A stretch of 64,000 bases of DNA from Heptranchias perlo (lineage: Eukaryota): NCBI RefSeq assembly GCF_035084215.1, contig NW_027139666.1, positions 2,976,001-3,040,000 on the forward strand. The letters are read 5' to 3'. The position numbers and the translations under genes are program-made. The notes beneath the pieces are model-generated. The model was not told where the DNA came from. It was given only the letters and a program-made list of their open reading frames with translations, and did no database searches. This document shows, in pieces, positions 41,739-54,610 of this stretch (positions within the stretch are counted from its first letter, which is position 1; the number at the start of each line of letters is the position of its first letter).

Positions 41739-42113
41739 TTACTTGGAGCTGGTGTACTTGGTCACCGCCTTTGTCCCTTCCGACACGGCGTGTTTGGCCA
41801 GTTCTCCGGGCAGCAACAGGCGCACAGCGGTCTGGATCTCCCGGGAGCTGATGGTGTGGCGTTTATTATAATGGGCCAGGCGGGAAGCCTCACCCGCGAT
41901 GCGCTCGAAAATATCGTTCACAAAGGAGTTCATGATGCTCATGGCCTTGGAGGAGATGCCGGTGTCGGGGTGAACCTGCTTCATCACTTTGTAGACGTAA
42001 ATGGAGTAACTCTCCTTCCTCGACTTTCTCCGCTTCTTGCCGCCCTTGGCTGGTGCTTTACTCAAGGTTTTCTTGGCGCCCTTCTTGGGAGCTGCTTTCA
42101 TGTCCACAGGCAT
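41739..42113 (-). CDS. H2B: Histone H2B, 124 aa (N-terminus MPVDMK)
   Basis: Complete ORF; stem-loop at 41688-41703. Confidence 0.96.
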   Translation of the reverse strand: MPVDMKAAPKKGAKKTLSKAPAKGGKKRRKSRKESYSIYVYKVMKQVHPDTGISSKAMSIMNSFVNDIFERIAGEASRLAHYNKRHTISSREIQTAVRLLLPGELAKHAVSEGTKAVTKYTSSK

Positions 42114-42190
42114 CTCAAAACTCAATTTCAGACCCAGAAATGACACAAATCCACTCCGAGCTCGGATTAAATAGGCAGCCCCACAACCCT

Positions 42191-42198
42191 ATGCTAAT
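42191..42198 (-). promoter_or_regulatory. H2B octamer-like element ATGCTAAT (also 62296-62303; ATGGTAAT variant at 3648-3655 and 32270-32277)
   Basis: Lies between the TATA-like TATTTAA and the CCAAT boxes, the position of the Oct-1 site in vertebrate H2B promoters. Confidence 0.65.
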
Positions 42199-42894
42199 AA
42201 GGGATGGTGGAAGGCAATGATTGTGATTGGGTCATTGGGAGTGATAAACGTCACCTTTTCCTTTCACTCTCTGATAGGTTTCTTCAGATATCCAATCAGA
42301 TTTAATACCTGCCATCAATCACAAACACGCTCACACTGCACATTGTCCGGTTTCAGCAATTTGTTCCGAACTGTTGCAGTTCTGCTTCCGGCCAGTAGAT
42401 GTCCCCAAACCCCTGACATTGAAGTTTGCAGATGAGAGAGGGACAGAAGATAAACTCATTCTTCACATTATATTGCACGAGTGGGATTCAGAGAAACTGG
42501 GAATGGAGAACATTTTGTTGGAGCAAACATTTGTTGTAATGTCGTGTGAAATGCTTGTAATTATTTAGTGGGTATAGCCTATACTGAGGAAGAATCTAAC
42601 AAAATTCAAGAAGACTTTAATAAACTTGCTGAAAGGCGGTGTAAATGGCCATTGAATTTCCATATTGAAAGGTGTGAGGTGGTGCATTTTGCTCGGTGGA
42701 ATAAGGAGGCCACACACTGCTTTGAAAACAAGAGTCTAAATGGGGTCGAAGAGCAAAGGAATTTAGGGGTACAGATTGACAAATCATTAAAGTAGCAACA
42801 CAGGTTGATAATGTCATAGAAAACAAACACAGAGGTTTATTTCTAAAGGAACAGAATTGAAAAGGAGATAAGTTTGTTGAACTGTAAATTAAAC

Positions 42895-43560
42895 TGTCAA
42901 ACCTTATGTCAAACTATTAAACCTTCCCTTTCTGAAATCCGTGCTGACTATTCCTTATTATATTTTCGGTTTCTAGATGTTTATCTACTGCATCATTGAG
43001 TCAAGGATTCCATGATCATCCCCACCACCGACCTTTCGTTAACTGGTCTATAGTTCCCTGCACTTGTTCTATCTCCTGTTTTAAAATATAACAATCACAT
43101 TAGCTGTCATCCAGTCCTTTGGCACTATTCCACTTTGTGATGATTTTGTCTATATATGTAACAGTGCCTCTGTTATCTCTTCCCTTGCTTCATTTAATAT
43201 GCACGGATACAATCCATCAGGACCAGTTTAACCACCCTTTCTAACTTAAATGTCTTGATATCTTTATTGACCTCTTCCTTTAATATCATGTTCACCCTGT
43301 TAAACTCCCGGGTAAATATGAGCAAAGTAACAATTCAATATTTCTGCTATTTCGCTGACGTTACCTGTGAGTTTATCTTGTGCATCCCTCAGTGGCACTC
43401 AAACTATTCTGATTTTCATTTTGTTATTTTTGTGTCTGTCGAATAATTTATTATTTCTTTTCATATTCCTTGATAATTTGATTTCGTGGTTCCTGTTTTC
43501 TTCCCTAATTGTTTTTGTGACTTCTTCCTAACCTCTTCCTATTTGCTTTTGTCATCCTTT
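42895..43560 (-). mobile_element. Old CR1 fragments (paralog ~62990-63645)
   Basis: Reverse complement of the GPDG..P.ILNEAREEI.EA / WMTANVIVIFK.G....GNYRPV region. Confidence 0.7.
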
Positions 43561-43726
43561 TAGTTAATATCTATGAATGAGAAATTCCACCAGCTTGTTG
43601 TGTCTGTTCAGGGGCTGATGTTTGGGAACTATTTATTATCTGTGATTAAAGTACCTGAAACCCAAAGGGCGCAATTCAGTGTGAAACTCCACAGAAACAC
43701 TCTACTTCTCTCTCCTCGTGAAATAA

Positions 43727-43794
43727 GGCGCTATAATGGTGAGTAAAGCTGCCTTCCAAACAGTTAATTCCAACAGGTTTGAATCCCAGCACGC
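43727..43794 (+). pseudogene. Strongly decayed tRNA-Gly-derived remnant
   Basis: TATAATGGTGAGTAAAGCTGCCTTCCAAACAGTT...GGTTTGAATCCC retains the D-loop, anticodon arm and B-box of tRNA-Gly-TCC; acceptor stem lost. Confidence 0.65.
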
Positions 43795-44499
43795 TGAATT
43801 CAGAAACACAAAGACTGGAATCAAATTTGATGATGTTCAGAGGGATAGTGTTTCCAAAACACAAACGGGTCTAATTTAACTTTGTTCCTATTTATTATTA
43901 TTTCTCCTGATCTGTACAGTGGATACAGAACACAATTGCCCGGATTCAGTGAAATTAATTGATTTTCTGAAGTTTTTCCCTCTGCAGATTCCAGTTCCTT
44001 ATTTAAATTATGTCGGATTAACCTTTCTGATCTATAGAAGGGTCATTGACCTGAACCGTTAACCCGAGCTTCCCTTCTCCACAGATGCTGCCGGACCTGC
44101 TGAGTCTTTCCAGCATTTTCGGTTTTAATTTTTTCTATGTTTTATCCCTTTCACTTTTGACGGTCATTGGAACTTCCAGATTTGCGCTCAGTTTTTATTT
44201 GTGTTTCAGTTCTGTTTATTTGAATTAATATAAATCGTGTCCTGAGAAATCAGACAGAAATATTGCGCAATGTAGAGTGAAATATGATGGGGCAACTTTC
44301 GAATAAGCAAAACAAGAACTTTATTATGAATCAATTGTCTTCATTTTCACTGACAAAATATGAAGAAATACGAGAGCAGAAGTTGCAGAGAGAAACTATT
44401 TCCTCCCATTGCACATTGTCCTGAATCTGTATCAACGACAGATGATGTGAATTTGTTCCACTCTGTTACAGTTCTCCCTTACAGCCAGTAGATGTCAGA

Positions 44500-46390
44500 C
44501 TGTATGTGAGTTTGGGATTAATTCTCTGTCAGTTTCTGGGACTGTATGTGAGTGTGAGATTCATTCTGTGTCTGTCAGTCTCTGGTACTGTGTGTGTGTA
44601 TGTGTGTGTGTGGGATTTATTCTTTATCTGTCAGTCTCTGGTGCTTTATGTGAATGTAGGATTCATTCTATTCTTGTCAGTCTCTGGTACTGCGTGTGAG
44701 TGTGGGATTCATTCTGCAACTGCGGCTCTGGGACAAAGTGCAAGTCTGGATTCATTCTGTATTCTTATTTCATGTTACAGTATATTGCTTGAAACTGTAT
44801 GTTTAATTCATTAATGTATGCACAATCTTTTGTCTAGCATTAATTTGTAATTATGGATACACTTTTGGATTTTCTTTTAATCAAACAACGTGTGTGAGTT
44901 TTGGTGTAGGATTACACTTTAATCTCTGAAGACTATTGTAAATGATAATTTACATTTCATCTTTTACTGTGAAATTATTGGACTGGTATTTCTTGTGCAG
45001 CTCAGTCTGCGCGAATGGAATTGATACTGTATCTTTCAGTCTGATTCTGTGTAATATATTTAGATTAGTCTGTAAGGTGTAGCTCAGTCAGCTATAATGG
45101 AATTGACTTAAAGATGAAGTATGAGGTTTTTGAACTGGTATGGAATGTGTAGCTCAGTCTGTACAAATCAAATTGATACTGGGGCTCAATCAGCTATAAT
45201 AAGAATGATACTGTATCTTTCAGTCCGATACCGTGTGAGGTTTTTGGACCGGTATGTAATGTGTAGCTTAGTCTGCACTAATGGAATTGATGCTGTACCT
45301 TTTAGTCTGCTACCTTGTAATATATTTAGACTGGTGTGTAAGGTGTAGCTCAGTCTGCACTAATGGGATTGATACTGTATCTTTCAGCATGGCCAAGAAT
45401 GTGATTTTTGGACTGGTAGGTAATGTGTAGCTCAGTTTGCAGTAAAGGAATTGTTACTGTATCTTTCAGTAGGATACACTATGCAAATTTTGGACTATAT
45501 ATAATGTGTAGCTCAGCCTGCACTAATGCAATTGATAAAGTATCTTTCAGTCTGACACTGTATGAGATTTATGGGTTGTATGTAATTTGTAGCTCATTCA
45601 GCATTGATGGAATTGATACGTTTTCTGTCAATCTGACACTGTGATTTTTTTTGTTCTAGTATGCAATGTGTGGCTCAGTCAACACTAATGGAATTGATGC
45701 TGTACATTTCAGCATGAGCTTGAAGTGATTTTTGGACTGATATGTACTGTGTCGTTCAGTCTGTACGAATGGAATTGACACTCTAGCTTTCAGTCAGACA
45801 CTGAGAGAGATTTTTGGACTGGTTTGTAATGTGTGGCTTAGTCCACACTAATAGGATTCATACTGTATATTTCAGTACGACACTGCATGCGAATTTTGGA
45901 CTGTATATAATGTGTAGCTTAGTCTGCACTAATTGAATTGATACTGTATCTTTCAGTCTGATGCTGCGGAATATATTTAGACTGGTGTGTAATGTGTAAC
46001 TCATTCTGCACTAATGGGATTGATACTACATCATTCGGCATGACCCTGAATCTGTTTTTTGAACTGGTATATAATGTGTAGCTCAGTCTGCTGTAATGGA
46101 ATTCATACTGTGGCTTTCAGTTTGACCCTGAATGTGATTTTTGGACTGGTATATAATGTGTAGCTCAGTCTGCACTAATGGGATGATACTGCATCTTTCA
46201 GTCTCATACTGTGAGAGATTTTTGTACTGGTATGTAATGTGTACGTCAGTCTGTACTAATCAAATCAATACTATATCTTTCAGTTTTATACTGTATGAGA
46301 ATTTTGGACTGGTACCTAACGTGTACCTCAATCTGCAGTAAAGGAATTAAAACTGTACATTTCATTCTGGCACCATGAGCTTTTTGAACA
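44500..46390 (+). repeat. 46-bp satellite (44500-44765) followed by an 82-bp satellite (44975-46390)
   Basis: 82-bp period measured at 45331/45413/45495; unit GATTTTTGGACTGGTATGTAATGTGTAGCTCAGTCTGCACTAATGGAATTGATACTGTATCTTTCAGTCTGACACTGTATGA. Confidence 0.9.
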
Positions 46391-46734
46391 TATATGTGAA
46401 TCAAAAATGGGTAACATCTGAATTGGTATCTAATTTGTATCTCAGGGTGCACTATTGGCATGAATACTGCACATTTAAACTCAAAATGTGTGTGAGTTGA
46501 GGGCTGGTATTTAATTTTAATCTTGGAGTACACTATTGTTATTCACTCTGTATCTATCAATCAGTACCATGTGTCAGTTCTATCTGGTATTTAATTTGTA
46601 GCTAAGGCTGAAATAACGTGAGAATTGAAACAGTGCCTTTCAATCTGAAACTGGATGTGATTTTGGACTGGGAATTATTTATTTGCCAGTCAGCGGTACT
46701 GAGTCATTGTGAAATAGAAATTCCGTCTGTCTCT

Positions 46735-47395
46735 CCTGCTCTGTTTGACTGTTGGATTGGGATCAGCGTGGTATTGACCATTTCTGCTATCTGAGAATGT
46801 GGAACTGATGACCTGTCTGTGTCTCTATGCTCTGAGTGTTAATGTACATACTGTGTGTGAGAAGGAGCTGGCTGCACTGACTGCTCCTTGTGCCTCGGGT
46901 GGAGTAAACATCACACTGATTCTGGGTCCTTCAACGAATTGACTGATGGAAAAAAAACTGTCTCTTGTAACTCAAGAACAGGTGAGGTAGAAAAAACCAA
47001 AAGTGATCAATTGAATCTCTCTGTTAATAATCATTGTAATATCCACAAAGGAAAAACAGCGATACAAACAGTGTCAGTGTCTGATTCCACTGCAGTACTG
47101 CAGCACTCAGCTTCTGCATACCAGGTGTGTTGGGCAATTTTACAATTTAGTGACATCCAGACACAACCCAACCCCTGCACTGATCCATGAATGGGTCTAC
47201 CCGATTGGGCAGGGACCTTTGTACATATCAGATTTCTAATCCCCTCTCCCATGGGACTAACCGTTCAACCGAAACAAAACAGCCGCTGTTTAAAATGTGA
47301 CCTTCACACTTCTCACCTGATGCCTGCAATAGATGCTCTTTGTATAACTCCCCATATCCTTACTGTCCGGCTCTGTTTACTGTTCAATAACAAAC
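46735..47395 (-). other. Truncated copy of exons 2-3 of the spliced unit, promoter missing
   Basis: Homologous to 8160-8835; fused at ~47420 to a copy of the H2B upstream region. Confidence 0.6.
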
Positions 47396-48117
47396 ACTAA
47401 AGGTTAATGGGCAGGTTTAAAAAAATCAGATTTAGTACCTGCCACCAATCACAAACACGCTCACACTGCACATTGTCCGGTTTCAGCAATTTGTTCCGAA
47501 CTGTTGCAGTTCTGCTTCCGGCCAGTAGATGTCCCCAAATCCCGGATCATTGAAGTTTGCAGATGAGAGAGGGACAGAAGATAAACTCATTCTTCACATT
47601 ATATTGCACGGGTGGGATTTAGAAAATACTGGGAATGGAGACGAGCTGCAAGTACATTTTTTTTGGACCAAAAACTACTTGTAATGCTGTGTTAAATTCT
47701 TGTAATCGATTTAGGGCGTATAGTCAATATTGAGGAAGACTGGGACAAAATAAACTTGCAGAACGGCCGTGTAAATGGCCATTGAATTTCAATATAGAAA
47801 GGTGTGAGGTGGTGCATTTCGCTGGGGGAATAAGGAGGCCACATACTGCATGGAAAATAAGAGTCTAAATGGGGTAGAGGTGCAATGTAAATCATCCTGA
47901 GAAATCAGCGAGAAATACTTCGCAATGTAAAGTGAAATACAATGGGGTAAATTCACAACTATCGAATGAGAGAAACAAAAACTTTATTATGAATTAATGG
48001 TCTTCATTTTTCACCGTCAAAAAGTGCAAAAATACGAGAGTAAAAGTTGCAGTCCGAAACTTCCATCACATTGCACATTATCCTGTTTCTGTAACCACGA
48101 CAGATAATGTGAATTTG

Positions 48118-49369
48118 TTTTTTGAAGGGGTAACCAAGAAGATAGATGAGGGCTGTGCAGTAGACGTGGTCTACATGGACTTCAGCAAAGCATTTGACAA
48201 GGTACCGCATGGTTGGTTGTTACATAAGGTTAAATCTCATGGGATCCAAGGTGAGGTAGCCAATTGGATACAAAATTGGATTGACGACAGAAGACAGAGG
48301 GTGGTTGTAGAGGGTTGTTTTTCAAACTGGATGCCTGTGCCCAGCGGTGTGCCTCAGGGATCGGTGTTGGGTCCGCTGTTATTTGTTATTTATATTAATG
48401 ATTTGGATGAGAATTTAGGAGGCATGGTTAGTAAGTTTGCAGATGACACCAAGATTGGTGGCATTGTGGACAGTGAAGAAGGTTATCTAGGATTGCAACG
48501 GGATCTTGATAAATTGGGCCAGTGGGCCGATGAATGGCAGATGGATTTTAATATAGATAAATGTGAGGTGATGCATTTTGGTAGATCGAATCGGGCCAGG
48601 ACCTACTCCGTTAATGGTAGGGCGTTGGGGAGAGTTATAGAACAAAGAGATCTAGGAGTACAGGTTCATAGCTCCTTGAAAGTGGAGTCACAGGTGGATA
48701 GGGTGGTGAAGAAGGCATTCAGCATGCTTGGTTTCATTGGTCAGAACATTGAATGCAGGAGTTGGGATGTCTTGTTGAAGTTGTACAGGGCATTGGTGAG
48801 GCCACACTTGGAGTACTGTGTACAGTTCTGGTCACCCTATTATAGAAAGGATATTATTAAACTAGAAAGAGTGCAGAAAAGATTTACTAGGATGCTACCG
48901 GGACTTGATGGTTTGACTTACAGGGAGAGGTTTGACAGACTGGGACTTTTTTCCCTGGAGAGTAGGAGGTTAAGGGGTGATCTTATAGAAGTCTATAAAA
49001 TAATGAGGGGCATAGATAAGGTCGATAGTCAAAATCTTTTCCCAAAGGTAGGGGAGTCTATAACGAGGGGGCACAGATTTAAGGTGAGAGGGGAGAGATA
49101 CAAAAGGGTCCAGAGTGGCAATTTTTTCAATCAAAGGGTGGTGAGTGTCTGGAACGAGCTGCCAGAGGCAGTAGTAGAGGCGGGTACAATTTTGTCTTTT
49201 AAAAAGCATTTGGACAGTTACATGGGTAAGATGGGTATGGAGGGATATGGGCCAAGTGCACGCAATTGGGACTAGCTTAGTGGTATAAACTGGGCGACAT
49301 GGACATGTTGGGCCGAAGGGCCTGTTTCCATGTTGTAACTTCAATGATTCTTCTATAATTCTATGATTC
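48118..49369 (+). mobile_element. Young 5'-truncated CR1 LINE with uninterrupted RT/C-terminal ORF2 frame (stop at 49275)
   Basis: YMDFSKAFDKV, SGVPQGSVLGPLLF, KFADDTK motifs with no stops over ~385 codons; 3' UTR and (TTCTATGA)-type tail; absent from paralogous sites. Confidence 0.95.
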
Positions 49370-49384
49370 TCGCTTACGGCCAGT

Positions 49385-52300
49385 AGATGTCAGTCTCCAG
49401 CACTGTACATGAGAGTGGGGTTGATTCTGTCATTGTCAGTCTCTGGTACTGTGCGTGAGTTTGGGATTCATTCAGTATCTGTCAATCTCTGGTACTGAGT
49501 GTGAGCATGGGGTATGTTCTGCATCTTTCAGTCTCAGGTACTATATATAAGTGATGGATTCATTCTGTATCTGTCAGTCTCTGGTACTTTATGCGAGTGT
49601 GGGATTAATTCTGTATCTGTCATTTTCTGGTGCTGTATGTGAGTGTAGGATTCATTCTGTATCTGCCATTCTCTGCTACTTTTCTCAGTGAGGGATTCAA
49701 TCTGTCATTCAGTCTCTGAGACAATGTGCAAGTCTGGATTCATTCTGTATTCTTATTTCAGTTTACAGTATCGTATTTGAAACTGTATCTTTAATGCTTT
49801 AAATTATATATAGTTCTTCGTCGATTATTTACGTTGTTAATATGGATACATTTTTCGATTTTCTTTATTCAAACAATGTGTGAGAGTTTTGGAGTAGTAT
49901 TGTATCTTAATCTCTGAACTGTATTGTGAATGATAATGTACCTTTCAATCTGTTCCCGGTGAAATTATTGGACTGGTATGTAATGAGTAGCTCAGTCTGC
50001 AATAATGGGATTAATTCTGTATCTGAGTCTAACACGACATGTGATTTTTGGACACGATATGTAATATGTAGCTCATCCTGCACTAAAGGAATTGATACTG
50101 TATCTATCAGTCTTATCCTGTATGAAGTTTTTGGACTGGTGAGTAACATGTAGTTCAGTCTGTGCTAATGGAATTGATATTATATCTTTGAGTCTGATAA
50201 GGTATGAGATTCTTGGATTGCTATATAATGTGTGGCTCAGTCTGCACTAATGAAATCGATACTGTACCTTTCAGTCTAACATTGTATGAGATTGTTGGAC
50301 TGTTATATAATGTTTAGCTCAGGCGGTGCTAAAAGAATTTAAACTATATCTTTCAGTCTGATCATTGGTGTGATTTTTGGACTCGTATGTAATGTGTAGC
50401 TCAGTCTGCACCAATGGTATTGATAATATTTATATCTGTATAATACTGAGTATTTACCAATATATCTAATATGTAGCTCAGTCTGCACTAATGGAATTTA
50501 TACTCTATCTTTCAATCTGATACTATGAGATCTTTGGACTGGTCTGTAAAGTGTAACTCAGTCAGCAGTAATGTGACTGTGACATTCATTCTGTATCCGT
50601 CAGTCTCTGGTACTTTTTGAGTGAGAGATTCATTCTGTATCTGTCAGTCCCTGGTACTGTGCGTGAGTGAGATTCATTCTGTTCCGGATACTGTATGTGA
50701 TTGTAGGATTTATTCTATATCTGTCAGTCTCTGGTACTGAGTGTGAGCATGGGGTATATTCTGCATCTCTCAGTCTCAGGGGTATTATATATAAGTGATG
50801 GATTCATTCTGTATCTGTCAGTCTCTAGTGCTATCTGTGTGTGTGGGATTCATTCTGTATCTGCCATTCTCTGCTACTTTCTCTCAGTGTGGGATTCTTT
50901 CTGTAATTCAGTCTCTGAGACAATGTGCAAGTCTGAATTCATTCGGCGTTCTTATTTCAGTTTACAGTATCGTTTTTGAAACTGTAGATTTAATACTTTA
51001 AATTATATACAGTTCTTCATCGAGTATTTAATTTGTTAATATGGATACACTTTTCAATTTTCTTTAATCAAACAATGTGTGTGAGTTTTGGAGTAGTATT
51101 ACATCTTAATCTCTGAACTTTATTGTGAATGGTAATGTACCTTTCAATCTGTTCCCGGTGAAATTATTGGACTGGTATGTAATGTTTAGTTTAGTCTGCA
51201 ATAATGGGATTAATTCTGTATCTCAGTCTAAACTCTATGAGATTTTTGGACTGGTGTGTAACATGTAGCTCAGTCTGTGCTAATGGAATTGATATTGTAT
51301 CTTTGAGTCTGATAAGGTATGAGATTCTTTGACTGCTATATAATGTGTGGCTCAGTCTGCACTCATGAAATCGATACTACATCTTTTAGTCTAATATTTT
51401 ATGGGATTTCCAGTCTGGTATGTAATGTACAGCTCAGGCAGTGCTAATAGAATTGAAACTCTATTTTCCAGTCTGATCATTTATGAGGTTTTTGGACTCG
51501 TATGTAATGTATAGTTCAGTCTGTACCAATGGTATTGATACTGTTTATTTCAGTATAATACTCCATGAGTATTTACCAATATATCTAATATGTAGCTCAG
51601 TCTGCGCTAATAGAATTGATACTGCACCTTTAAAACTGACACTATGAGATTTTTGGACTGGTATGTAATGTGTAACTAAGCCAACATTGATGGAATTGAT
51701 GAGGTATCTTTCGATCTGCGACTGTGAGATTTTTGCTCTGGTACGTAATGTGTAACTCAGCCTGCACTAATGTAGGTGACTGTGAGATTCACTTTGTATC
51801 TCTCAGTCTCTGGTACTGATTGTGAGTGTGGGATTCATGCTGTAACTGTCACTCTCTGGTACTCTATTTGACTGTGGGATTCATTCTGCATATAGATTCT
51901 CCAGTACTGTGTGTGGGTGTTGAATTATTTCCATATATGCAGTTTCTCATAATGTATGTTGGTGTGAGATTCATACTGTATCTGTCAGTCTCTGGTACTG
52001 TGTGTGAGTGTGAGATTCATTCTGTATCTGCCAATCTCAGGTACTGCGTGTGAGTGTGGGATTCATTCTGTATCTGTCAGTCTCTGGTACTGTGTATGAG
52101 TGTGGGATTCATTCTGTATCTGTCAGTCTCTGGTGCTGTGTGTGAGATTCATTCTGTATCTGCCAATCTCAGGTACTGTGTGTGAGTGTGGGATTCATTC
52201 TGTATCTGCCAAACTCAGGTACTGCGTGTGAGTGTGGGATTCATTCTGTATCTGTCAGTCTCCGGTGCTGTGTGTGAGATTCATTCTGTATCTGCCAATC

Positions 52301-52800
52301 TCAGGTACTGCGTGTGAGTGTGGGATTAATTCTGTATCTGTCAGTCTCTGGTGCTCTGTGTGAGTGTGAGATTCATTCTGTACTCTGTCAGACTCTGGTA
52401 CTGTGTATGAGTGTGGGATTCATTCTGTATCTGTCAGTCTCTGGTGCTGTGTGTGAGTGTGAGATTCATTCTGTACCCTGTCAGACTCTGGTACTGTACG
52501 TGAGTGTGGTCTTCATTCTGTATCTGCCAATCTCAGGTACTGTGTTTGAGTTTGGGATTTATTTTGTATCTCTCAGTCTCCAGTGCTTTATGAGAGTGTG
52601 GGATGGTTTTGCTATCTGTCAGTCCTTGGTACTGTATGTCAGTGTGGGATACATTCTGTATCTGACATCTCTAGTACCATACTTGAGTGTTGGATTCACT
52701 CTGTGTCTGGCAAACTCTAGTACTGTATGTGAGTGTGGGATTCATTCTGTGTTTGTGTGTCTCTGTACTGTATCTGAGTGTGAGATTCATTCTGTATCTG
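49385..52800 (+). repeat. Composite 46-bp / 82-bp satellite block with a ~1.24-kb higher-order tandem duplication
   Basis: GGTACTGAGTGTGAGCATGGGGTAT recurs at 49491 and 50733 with colinear sequence following; homogeneous 46-bp array at 51770-52800. Confidence 0.88.
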
Positions 52801-53436
52801 TATATAATTATTCTCTCAGATTACATTATGGTGTTCAATACTGTAGCTTTACGATCTTAATGTTTAAACAGTTTTTCCCAGTATTTAATTGGTAAACATG
52901 GATACACTTTTAGATTTGATGCTGGAGGTTTTAATCAGAAGATTTGTGTTTTTTGGACGAGTATCATATCAGTATCTCTGTGAGTACTGTTGTGAATGAT
53001 AATATTTCTTTCAAACTGATATGGTGACATTTTTGAATTGGTATATAATGTGTCGATCAGCCTGCAGTAAAGGAATTGATACTGTATCTTTAAATCTCAT
53101 GCTATGAGTGTATTATAAACTGGTATCTAATTTGTTTCTCAGGTTACACTGTCACAGCATTTCTCAATCTGATATTGTACATGATTTTTGGACTTGCAAT
53201 TTGTATTCGAATGGTACACTATTCGAATGGATACTGCATGTATTAAACTCCCGTGTGGGTGTGAGAGTTCTGGGCTAGTATTCAATTGGAATCTCGGGGA
53301 ATCTGGTTTTTAATTCATGGCGAATGCTGCACTTCTTGGAAATTGACAATCTGATAGTGTGACTTTGGACTGGGATTTTTGTATCTACCTGTCAGCGGGA
53401 CTGAGTTCGGGTGCAATGGAACAGTGTCTGCCTCAC

Positions 53437-54610
53437 CTGCTCTGTTTGACTGTTGGTTTGGAAATGTGTCTCTGGAACTTGGGATCAGTGTGGGACTGAC
53501 TACTTCTGCTGTCTGAGACTGTGGAACTGATGACCTGTCTGTGTCTCTGTGCTCTGAGATTGAGAATATACATACTGTGTGTGAGAAGGAGTTGGCTGCA
53601 CTGTTCCTTTGTCTCGGGGGGAGGAAACTTCACATTCATTCTGGATCCTTCTCGGATTTGCCTGCAGAAAGAAAATTATCGCATGTTACTCAATAACAGG
53701 TGAGGTAGAAAATACAAAAGTGATCAGTTTAATAGCTCTGTTAATAATTATTTTGTACATCGACAAATGAAAACCAGTGATACAGTGTCAGTGTCTGACT
53801 CGACTGCAGTACTGCAGCACTCAGCTTCAGCATACCAGGTGTGTTAGGCTGTTTTAGAACAATTTAGTGACATCCAGACAAAATGCAACCACTGCACTGA
53901 TCCATGAATGGGACTACCCGATGGGGCAGGGACCTTTGTGCAGGTCGGGTTTCTAATCCCCTCTCCCATGGGACTAACCGTTCAACTGAAAGCAAACAGC
54001 CGCTGTTAGAAATGTGTCCTTCACACTTCTCACCTGGTGCCTTCAATAGATGCTCTTTGTATGACTCCCCACATCCTTACTGTCCGGCTCTGGTTCCACT
54101 CTTCACTGTCCAATAACAACAAACAGGGTGAGACTGGAACTAAACCAGGACCATTCACTACTGGTTTGGGGAGAGAAAGCAGCAATGATTCTAAATAGCA
54201 GGGACTTCCCATTCTGTCTCCCTTACCCTGGACACACCCTGTACACACACAGCCCGAGAATGACCTCTCCCTTCCCCCGCTCACTCCATGTTCCGGGACC
54301 AGTTCCTGATCCACTCCTCCTCTTACAAACACACCCCGGACTCGCCGGCCCTGACCCTGGACTCAATGCCGATCTCTGAGCCCATCTGCGGACACGGTCC
54401 CGAAGCGATGATCTGCTGTAACGAGGCTGCTCTTTGCTCCCTTCCCCCGGGGGCCGTGATCTCTCCATTCCCGGCTGTTTCAAACCATCTTCTTCCGCTC
54501 ACTGAGGGAATGGCGCCCACAGGCCGAGCTGGGGGAGGGGAGCGCGCATGCGCTCTTCTGCTCACCAACAATCAGCGCTGGGGGCGGGGCTGGGTCACGC
54601 ATGCGCAGAT
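53437..54610 (-). other. Copy 3 of the three-exon spliced unit: exons 54468(ATG)-54356, 54105-54034, 53661-53437
   Basis: NRF1 x2 and GC box at 54540-54608; canonical GT/AG at all junctions; 72- and 225-nt internal exons; spliced frame open for 136 codons. Confidence 0.55.
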
